Source: Candidatus Woesearchaeota archaeon (GTDB taxonomy: Archaea; Nanobdellota; Nanobdellia; Pacearchaeales; GW2011-AR1). Taken from it: a stretch of DNA of 62,875 nucleotides. A model generated the notes under the pieces. That model did no database searches, was not told where the DNA came from, and worked only from the letters and a program-made list of their open reading frames with translations. A program made the position numbers and the translations under genes. Positions 56,601-62,875 of the stretch are shown here, one piece after another. Positions within the stretch are counted from its first letter, which is position 1. Every line of letters starts with the position of its first letter. The stretch lies in contig CAZJPE010000004.1 in the NCBI GenBank assembly GCA_964547875.1, forward strand, positions 30,598 through 93,472, written 5' to 3'.

Positions 56601-58082
56601 ATTTTTATATTCTATTCCTTCTGGGACAGAAATAGCAACTATCTTTTTCTCGTTTAATTCTTCTTCTTTTAGAGTTGGAGCAGGTAAGACATATTCTATT
56701 TCATATATTCCGGAATCTTCTTCTAATTTTATGTCTGTTTTATTCTCGGAAATTATTTCTTTCTCGATTTGATCTTTTTTAATTTTAATATCCGTTGCCA
56801 TTGCCGGGATTTTAATATTTATTTCGCCTTCTTCTTTTATTATTTTCTTTTTCCATTTTACTGGTTTTCCTATTGCAATTCTTTCTTCAGAATTGTCTTC
56901 TATTATGCTGAAATTATTTATCTCTAATGATGTATTTTTTGAGAATGAGATTATTTCGGAATCATTCAAATTATTTGAACTATCCCAGCAGTAATATCTG
57001 ACGCTATAATCTCCATCAGTTATATTTAAATTTGATATGAAATTAACATTATCTTGGGATTGCATTGTGTAGTTGCTTATTCCTTCGTCAAGTGAATAAT
57101 TGCAATCTCCTTTTTCGTTAAGAGCAAGCTCAAAATCAACTAATTCTAAATTGTAAATAGCATTGAATTGCGGTTTTTTTATTGTTAGTTTTGGAGGGAT
57201 TATGTCGGAATAACTAACTCTGAAATATAGGGCATTGAAATTGAATATATCCTGCCCTTCACCATTAATTTTCAGTGCTTGCGCTTTTGCAAATGCTTTT
57301 GCGCCGTTTTCATTAAAGAAATTATCACAAATCCAGTTTTCGTCTGCTGTAAAATCAATGAATTCCAATCTAGAAGAAGATATTTCATTGCAATCTATGT
57401 TTTTTTCAGTCCATGATTCTCCTGCATTTGCGTCTACACCAACAACGCACTGATGGTCTTTAGAATTATTTAATGTATAGAATTCATAATATAGTAGCAC
57501 TTGGTCTATTTTATCGCAATTTATAATTGAATTGTCGTGGGATTCTATACTAATTCCAGCATAAGTTGATAATGAATTAAATATTGTTTCTTTATTGCTC
57601 GCATAAATTTCTTCACAGGAATTAGAAAATAAGTTTTTATCTAGTTCTTCACTTTGTTTTAGGCATGATTGCATCTTTAATTCTATTGTTTCTTTTTCTG
57701 TGGGCGCGAGAAATAATTTTTGTTTTGAATATCGAGATGATAGCAATATAGTGAATATAAATAAAGATATTAAAAGTATAAAGATAGTTATTACAAAAAC
57801 TGAAATTAAATTTTTTTTTATATTTCTATCATAGTCTTCTACAAGCTTTTTACACGAATCAATGTATTTATCATAGTAATTTATCCATTCTTCTGCTGAT
57901 TTATTACCTGGCAAATTATTCAATATTTTTTTATATTCATCAAGAGAAATTTTTCTATTTTGATAATTTATCAAGGTTTTTTGCACCTTATTTATTATCT
58001 CTTTTTTATACCCTTCGGCCAGATAGATTTTCTTATTTAGTTCTCTTTTTCGTTCTTCTAATTGCTCTTTTTTTGATGACAT
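53652..58082 (-). CDS. 1476-aa multidomain surface protein: coiled coil, TM, Ig-like, propeller-like repeats, subunit-like module, tandem HTH
   Basis: TM near aa 92-114; repeats F..AW.D....DI...IY; module sharing QYFDAPGTW with 52097-52990; two IPI.(L/I)F...ES...(F/N).EI.K..N...R.I...Y..A repeats. Confidence 0.8.
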   Translation of the reverse strand: MSSKKEQLEERKRELNKKIYLAEGYKKEIINKVQKTLINYQNRKISLDEYKKILNNLPGNKSAEEWINYYDKYIDSCKKLVEDYDRNIKKNLISVFVITIFILLISLFIFTILLSSRYSKQKLFLAPTEKETIELKMQSCLKQSEELDKNLFSNSCEEIYASNKETIFNSLSTYAGISIESHDNSIINCDKIDQVLLYYEFYTLNNSKDHQCVVGVDANAGESWTEKNIDCNEISSSRLEFIDFTADENWICDNFFNENGAKAFAKAQALKINGEGQDIFNFNALYFRVSYSDIIPPKLTIKKPQFNAIYNLELVDFELALNEKGDCNYSLDEGISNYTMQSQDNVNFISNLNITDGDYSVRYYCWDSSNNLNDSEIISFSKNTSLEINNFSIIEDNSEERIAIGKPVKWKKKIIKEEGEINIKIPAMATDIKIKKDQIEKEIISENKTDIKLEEDSGIYEIEYVLPAPTLKEEELNEKKIVAISVPEGIEYKNILASISIEEITKDKRFIKIYSNKEKKYLEFKALDTDNNEYLDSVEWNAPSSDDIFEIIIQITNAEHLDENKDLISNIYEQVKELDEIWSEPIYHNEFIRVSFEEKLDSTKDITLYARNPEKERIIIEIYYYNTTQKIAEFPIIKKEGYYTIYLTELQGEHDTFDLKIKSLNEKKDSYLEFDHIIDPFIIADIQPSLDVALTTLDNSTFVFAWVDDTEDDISFIIYGTNGTPLTNTIDADTEVNGNSRVAVKAIDSSTFILSWYDGIDQDITYAVYNKDESINIPATDIETAVGTPSVDIEIIDMLDRFQACYIDDIEDDADVITVNYGTWGAGLETNIDTSVGATLGLQNLISCTSITNTRFALIYFDDASNDATFSIRDQNSVNIVLADIDTNIGETGQVAITSLNNNYFAMGWYDSASQNIQIAIRDVNNNIILAPTLVDANSGTQSRIAMATIKSSSDPIDWFAVAWNDRNADNIQAAIYDSSGILRQGPFILASDENTTSLLFDIYGKDTLIPNPNPIAQTSICDNKFLFAYTTNTGAVATKTFNLDGTEWTGVCDNISPTIDDISNIPDQIVTESGITDVTFTVQVTDANGAFDINDATITTQFTKDSVTRTGACSFVSDINITTTQYSCTIGIQYFDAPGTWTVSAEIQDQSNGFSAPYSETFILLETACITISPAFWEWPTLFPGDAEKLASNNPIIISNTCNKEGILQVKAFDILGETDSSYKIPANSFTVHTVNLCSLSDPGTIMAHAATTLIAGATLLRGDNSIGEGQEQLFICLENVPDNLKAQRYSTLIGSIWEISLAFATLKIKRKKRKKVLTKENLLEVLNEKLKDKYDTTLDELLLIKKTKEIKIPIELFNQKIGAAESLAKYLKENLGLKFSEIEKLINRNQRTIWINYRNAVRKMKEKINIRKTSISIPIDIFSNRKLSILESLIYNLREKELKNTEISKILNKDPRNIYTLYSRAIKKLKSMPK

Positions 58083-58088
58083 TATTAT

Positions 58089-58158
58089 ATACTTAATATG
58101 TATGAGAAGTGGCTTATAAATATTGCTATATTAAGTATATAATACTTAATATGTATGA
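58089..58158. promoter_or_regulatory. Operator-like array: 17-bp direct repeat plus inverted copy flanking a TATA box
   Basis: ATACTTAATATGTATGA at 58089-58105 and 58142-58158; ATATTAAGTAT at 58128-58138; TTTATAAG (minus strand) at 58120-58113. Confidence 0.7.
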
Positions 58159-58208
58159 TAAAATTAAATGAAAAATTATGGTTTATTATATAGGTATGGA
58201 GTAATAAG

Positions 58209-58661
58209 TTATTTTCTCAATCTTCTTTCTTTAGGGACGTAGTTAAATATTTTTTCTCCATTTGATTTTCCAGAGCCTACAAAGTCTTTTTTATATTCTA
58301 TTATTATAATACCTCTTTCTGCCTTAATGTTTAAGTCTCTGCCTCTTAACCAATCATTTAATTGCGATTCATTTATTTCTATGATGTTTTTTACTATTTG
58401 ATTTTTTAATAAATGAATTGCATCTAAATTGAGCCTTAATTCTCCATTTTCTTTTTTTAATAAATAAATTCCTATTGATTCTATGTTTATTAATCTTGAT
58501 AAAAATTTAATTTCTTCTTTTAGAAGATTGCCTGAAAATGCTCTGATTTTTTCTTTTCCTGATTCTATTAATAGGTAAGGAAGATTAATTATTCCAAATT
58601 GTTTATTTAATTGTTCTATTATTTTTCTTTTCTTATTTGATTTTATGAAATTTGGGTTCAT
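58209..58661 (-). CDS. NIP7/RsmF C-terminal-like PUA protein
   Basis: WLRGRDL...VGSGK...NYVPKERR; downstream of the m5C methyltransferase. Confidence 0.8.
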   Translation of the reverse strand: MNPNFIKSNKKRKIIEQLNKQFGIINLPYLLIESGKEKIRAFSGNLLKEEIKFLSRLINIESIGIYLLKKENGELRLNLDAIHLLKNQIVKNIIEINESQLNDWLRGRDLNIKAERGIIIIEYKKDFVGSGKSNGEKIFNYVPKERRLRK

Positions 58662-58927
58662 TTTTCTTCTCCTACTAAATATTTACACCCATTTTTGCCT
58701 ATGAGGACTTCATGCGTTTCATAGGCTTTAATATAAATATTATCTTTTGATTTTAATTTTAATATTTTATTTTCTAGAATTATTCTCATTGAGCCATTTA
58801 GAATTATTAATTTAGTGCCATATGGATGATTATGCTTTTTATAAAATTCATTTGGTTTATCTTCCCCAATGTATACTTTTTTAAAACCTTGATTTTCTAA
58901 TTCTTTTTTTAGTTTTTCTTCGTTCAT
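58658..58927 (-). CDS. Cupin domain protein
   Basis: HNHPY...HEVLIGKNGCKYLVGE. Confidence 0.85.
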   Translation of the reverse strand: MNEEKLKKELENQGFKKVYIGEDKPNEFYKKHNHPYGTKLIILNGSMRIILENKILKLKSKDNIYIKAYETHEVLIGKNGCKYLVGEEK

Positions 58928-59883
58928 TTCACTTCCTCCAACAAAGTTAATTTAGCGAGGAAAAAGCCTTCACTATCATTATCTTGTGGATAGATTCTAC
59001 ATGCTTTTGTTGTTTCTTGGTTAAATGCTTTTTCTTCCCATTCTGTTGTGCCTTGCCTGCATTTCAAGGGTAATGAAATCGATTCAATTTTAACTGGGAA
59101 GTTTCTTAATGTAAAATCTATGATTTCCTCGTTTTCTTCAGGGGCATGAGTGCAGGTTGAATAAACTAGAGAGCCCCCTTGCTTTAGGCATTTTAATGCA
59201 AAGGCCATAAATTTTTTCTGCTGTCTTGAGAGTTTTTTTATTACATCTAGATTCCAAATTAAGAATGTTTTTGGACTTGAGCGAAGAGTGCCCTCGCCTG
59301 AGCAAGGGGCGTCTAAGAGAATTTTGTCAAATTTTATATTTGAACTTGCGAATTTAGAGCATAGAGCTATTGCGTCATTTTTTGTTATAATTGTATTTGT
59401 TATTCCGCATCTTTCTAGATTTGCTGATAGAATTTTTATTCTGTCGAGTTTTAAATCATTAGCAATAATTGTACCTTGATTGTTCATGCTTGCCGCTATT
59501 TGCGTTGTTTTCGAGCCGGGCGAGGCGAATAAGTCTAAGATATATTCGTCTGGCTTTGGGTTTAGCGCTAAAATGGGAAGCATTGATGAAATTTCTTGTA
59601 TGTAATAATAGCCTAGGATATGCTCTATGGAATTTCCTAATTCTCCTGGCAAAAGTGTGGATTTTATTAGCATTACTTCTGGATAATTTTGAAAAGGCTG
59701 TTCAACATGCCATTTTTTTTGTAGATGAGCAAATAATTCTCGTGGCTGGATTTTTAGCGTGTTGCAACGGATAAAGTTTTTCGGAGATGTATGTATAATT
59801 TCGTTAAATTTCTTGAAATCATCTGGATTTGGCATGAGTTTTTCCAGCCTTTCTTTGAATAATGGCTTTAGCTCTGGCTTCAT
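58924..59883 (-). CDS. NOL1/NOP2/Sun RNA m5C methyltransferase
   Basis: ASPGSKT, ILLDAPCSGEG, YSTCT..PEENE. Confidence 0.95.
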   Translation of the reverse strand: MKPELKPLFKERLEKLMPNPDDFKKFNEIIHTSPKNFIRCNTLKIQPRELFAHLQKKWHVEQPFQNYPEVMLIKSTLLPGELGNSIEHILGYYYIQEISSMLPILALNPKPDEYILDLFASPGSKTTQIAASMNNQGTIIANDLKLDRIKILSANLERCGITNTIITKNDAIALCSKFASSNIKFDKILLDAPCSGEGTLRSSPKTFLIWNLDVIKKLSRQQKKFMAFALKCLKQGGSLVYSTCTHAPEENEEIIDFTLRNFPVKIESISLPLKCRQGTTEWEEKAFNQETTKACRIYPQDNDSEGFFLAKLTLLEEVK

Positions 59884-60041
59884 TCAATTTGAAATTAAAT
59901 GTAGATTATATGTGTTGCGGTTTTTTGATTTTTTGATCTTTATAATAATTACTTATTAATTATTAAGATTATTAGAATATATATAGAAATAATAACTTAA
60001 TTTTAAGATAAATTTATAAAGCATATTCTATTTTTTTATTT

Positions 60042-60332
60042 ATGAAAGGAAAAAAAGAGGGCTCTGCATCATTTTCTTTGGAGAGGACATTGCTTGCTAA
60101 TGAGAGGACACTGCTCGCATATATTAGAACTGCTTTTTCTTCTTTTTTGCTTGCCGTTGTTCTTTTGAAATTTTTAGATGGCGGGTTTATTAATTATCTT
60201 GGAATATTGTTTTTTGTTTTGTCTTTTATTTTTATTTCTGTAGGCATTGGCTATTATCTTATGAGGAAAAAGAAGCTTGAGAATCCTTCTGGCGTTTTTA
60301 CTGAACGGAATAAATGGCCACAATTATTTTGA
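60042..60332 (+). CDS. DUF202 membrane protein
   Basis: RTLLANERTLLAYIRT. Confidence 0.9.
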   Translation: MKGKKEGSASFSLERTLLANERTLLAYIRTAFSSFLLAVVLLKFLDGGFINYLGILFFVLSFIFISVGIGYYLMRKKKLENPSGVFTERNKWPQLF

Positions 60333-60755
60333 GGCGCGAAGCGCCGAACGCGCCGAGTTTATTTTGCTAGTTATGATTTAGTTAGATAAAAAGGGCGGTT
60401 AATGAAGATTAAATGTACTCTTTCTGTGCACTACTGGACACTTTATCTTCATTGAACGGTAAATTTCTTTGATTATTCCATAATCATTTTTCTTGTAGAA
60501 ACCAGAATATAGTGGAAGTTTCAGCGAATTGGTAGAAAAATTAAGCGGGCTCTATTTTTATAGAAACTGGAAGTTTGCTAAGCGCGTCATTTAAATTTGC
60601 AGCCTTTTTCTTAAAATTAAAGGTACCTATTCCAAATACATAGGTTTCTTGCGAGAAACTTCAGTGAGAAAACTAAGAAGTCTTTGAATTGGTAAATTGG
60701 TTTGTAATGCTATTTGGCTAGAAACTTATTTATAGGGTTGTTTCTTGTAGGGATT

Positions 60756-61088
60756 ATGATACCTGGAGTTGGCAAGATGGATCCTAGAAAGATGCAGGCT
60801 CTTATGAAACAAATGGGCATTAATCAGGAAGAGATAGAAGCAGAAAGGGTAATAATTGAGAAGAGTGATGGCAGGATTATTATTGAAAATCCGAATGTTC
60901 AGAGGGTAAGGATGCAGGGACAGGAGAGCTGGCAGATTATAGGGGAGGCGAGAGAGGAGGAAGAAGAGATTAAAGGAGAGGATATTAAATTAGTTATGGG
61001 AAAGACAGGTGCTGACGAGGGAGAAGCAAGAAGGATTTTGGAGGAGGTTGGGGGCGATATTGCAGAGGCGATTGTCAGATTAAGCTAA
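60756..61088 (+). CDS. nac: Nascent polypeptide-associated complex protein
   Basis: DPRKMQALMKQMGI...GDIAEAIVRL; start ATG 60756. Confidence 0.93.
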   Translation: MIPGVGKMDPRKMQALMKQMGINQEEIEAERVIIEKSDGRIIIENPNVQRVRMQGQESWQIIGEAREEEEEIKGEDIKLVMGKTGADEGEARRILEEVGGDIAEAIVRLS

Positions 61089-61448
61089 CACGAGGAGGAT
61101 ATTCAAAGACTATAATATCAATGACACTACTAAAAAGAATCCGTCGGAGTTTTCTCAGAGGAATAGAGGATTCTAAAGACAAGGAATATGATATTTGGTT
61201 TAACAAGAATTATCAATTTAGGAGCCAAGGCGAAACCCGCTCTGAGTATTTATCTAGATGAATTGCCTCTGACTTTTATCTCTTCCACCTACCTGTAATC
61301 AAACTTTACAGGTTCTTTGGCAGAAAGCGCCCTCTTTCCTTTATTAGCTGAAGGGAGAAGAGTTTAATTTTAATTATTGTTTTAGCTAGAAAGGTATTTA
61401 AAGTAGACGAGCTTTTTTATCATCCACGTCACTAGGTGAGTTTTTTTG

Positions 61449-61874
61449 ATGGAAAGAATAATAAAAGAAAAAATTAGTGCAGACCATCTTCTTTATGTGA
61501 GCTTGAAATATACAAAAACATGTGATGTTATTCTTAATTTAATATTGAGATGGAGCAATATGCTTGAGTATGCATTGGATGAATTGATTGAGAAGGCAAA
61601 GAAACAAAAAAAATGGAAGCCTGTTCCGGACGCGCCTAGGGCAAAATTATTGCAATTAAAGAAAATCTACGCTTCTGATGAATTAATAAGCAAGATTTTA
61701 GATATGTACGAACTCTTCCGCGATATTGAGAAGCTAGATAAGATAAGGGAGAACGAATTTAGAAAGGGAGTTAATTTGAAGGTTTTTTACAAAAGAGAAG
61801 CGATAAATATAAATTTGGACAAATTAAAGGAATATGCTGAACTGTTAGAAAGATTTATAAGCATTCTGAAATAA
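61449..61874 (+). CDS. Conserved helical hypothetical protein
   Basis: ADHLLYVSLKYTKTCDVI. Confidence 0.7.
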   Translation: MERIIKEKISADHLLYVSLKYTKTCDVILNLILRWSNMLEYALDELIEKAKKQKKWKPVPDAPRAKLLQLKKIYASDELISKILDMYELFRDIEKLDKIRENEFRKGVNLKVFYKREAININLDKLKEYAELLERFISILK

Positions 61875-61914
61875 TTTCTTCTACTGAAGAGTTAAAATAA
61901 CTTAAATTTTTTAT

Positions 61915-62664
61915 ATGATGACAAGGGTAATCACGATAACTTCTGGCAAGGGTGGTGTTGGAAAGACAACAAGTGCTATTAACATAGGCGCTGCGCTTAA
62001 TTATTTTGGGAAAGAGGTAGTAGTTGTCGATGCTAATTTGACTACGCCTAATATTGGCCTGCACTTAGGAGCTCCTATTGTGCCTGTCAGCCTGAATCAT
62101 GTATTATCGGGGAAGGCAAAGATCTCTGATGCACTTTACGAGCATGAATCTGGGTTGAAGATTATTCCTAGCTCGCTTTCTATCAAGGAATTGAGGCAGT
62201 TGAATCATAATAGACTAAAGGAAGTAAGCAAGAAATTGAAGAAAATGGCTGATTTTGTAATATTGGATTCTGCCGCAGGATTAGGAGATGAGGCCATAGC
62301 TGCTTTAGAGGCAGGAGACGAGATTATTATTGTTACTAATCCAGAGATTCCTGCAGTTACAGACGCCTTGAAAGCGAGCAAACTTGTTGAGCAACTTGGA
62401 GGAGATGTTATTGGAGTGATAGTGACCAGAGTTAAAGGAAATAAGTCGCAAATGCCTATTTCCAATGTAGAAGACATGCTAGAATTGCCTATTATAGGGG
62501 TTATCCCTGAAGACAAGAATGTGCTTAAGTCAGTTGTGATGAAGAATGCGCTTGTTTATACGCATCCACGAAGCAAGGCTTCTAGGGCTTATAAGAGACT
62601 GGCTGCCAGATTGATAGGAAATGAGGAGTATGAGAGAGGCTTTTGGGGGAGGATGTTTGGGTAG
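61915..62664 (+). CDS. minD: MinD-family ATPase
   Basis: SGKGGVGKTT, DSAAGLG, amphipathic C-terminus FWGRMFG. Confidence 0.93.
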   Translation: MMTRVITITSGKGGVGKTTSAINIGAALNYFGKEVVVVDANLTTPNIGLHLGAPIVPVSLNHVLSGKAKISDALYEHESGLKIIPSSLSIKELRQLNHNRLKEVSKKLKKMADFVILDSAAGLGDEAIAALEAGDEIIIVTNPEIPAVTDALKASKLVEQLGGDVIGVIVTRVKGNKSQMPISNVEDMLELPIIGVIPEDKNVLKSVVMKNALVYTHPRSKASRAYKRLAARLIGNEEYERGFWGRMFG

Positions 62665-62674
62665 ATTCATTTCT

Positions 62675-62875
62675 TTATTCAATGTCTTTTTCTAAATAAA
62701 TATTATTATCTTTGATGTCGCAAAATAATTTATAGCCTATCTCAAGCATATCCATGCCTAATAAGTTAGGAAATCTATCTAGGTTTTCTATTTGGCTGAT
62801 CTTAAGCGATATGGGCTTTAGGATTCTTATAGGTATTGTTTCTTTAATTTCTTTATTTTCTATTGATTTAAAGAT
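62675..62875 (-). CDS. C-terminal part of a possible retropepsin-like protease (runs off window end)
   Basis: Open frame ...FPNLLGMDMLEIGYKLFCDIKDNNIYLEKDIE*. Confidence 0.45.
   Translation of the reverse strand: MFKSIENKEIKETIPIRILKPISLKISQIENLDRFPNLLGMDMLEIGYKLFCDIKDNNIYLEKDIE

Noticed and set aside
50691-58082. Type IV pilus/archaellum or S-layer operon
   Set aside because: No class III signal peptides, assembly ATPase or TadC platform; the subunit/tip/anchor asymmetry fits an S-layer poorly, though that is not formally excluded
60398-60457. Integron attC site
   Set aside because: Arms run GTT...AAC, the reverse of attC order (AAC...GTT), and no integrase is in the window
1-62875. CRISPR array, rRNA genes or an intact IS element
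   Set aside because: No regularly spaced repeats, no long GC-rich structural RNA and no full transposase or integrase seen by eye

Overview
AT-rich chromosomal segment of a DPANN archaeon, probably Pacearchaeota/Woesearchaeota (inferred from gene content). Core genes include archaeal MCM with an intein, RPA, aIF2-beta, aRF1, TFS, GatD/GatE, Cdc48, NAC, Sec61-beta, FtsZ, MinD and four tRNAs; tRNA-Asn carries two introns. Several enzymes are bacterial-type: AspRS, TGT, MnmA and a Pol II-like PolB. Between the core genes are four VapBC-type pairs and about ten broken or truncated accessory genes. Best candidates for undescribed systems: (1) a five-gene surface-filament locus (50691-58082) that looks like a donor-strand pilus, with a tandem HTH fused to its giant adhesin-like protein and a shared operator-like motif at two promoters; (2) an abutting PIN nuclease plus ATP-dependent RNA ligase pair between gatD and gatE (4825-6408). 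All calls come from reading motifs by eye; no database searches were run.
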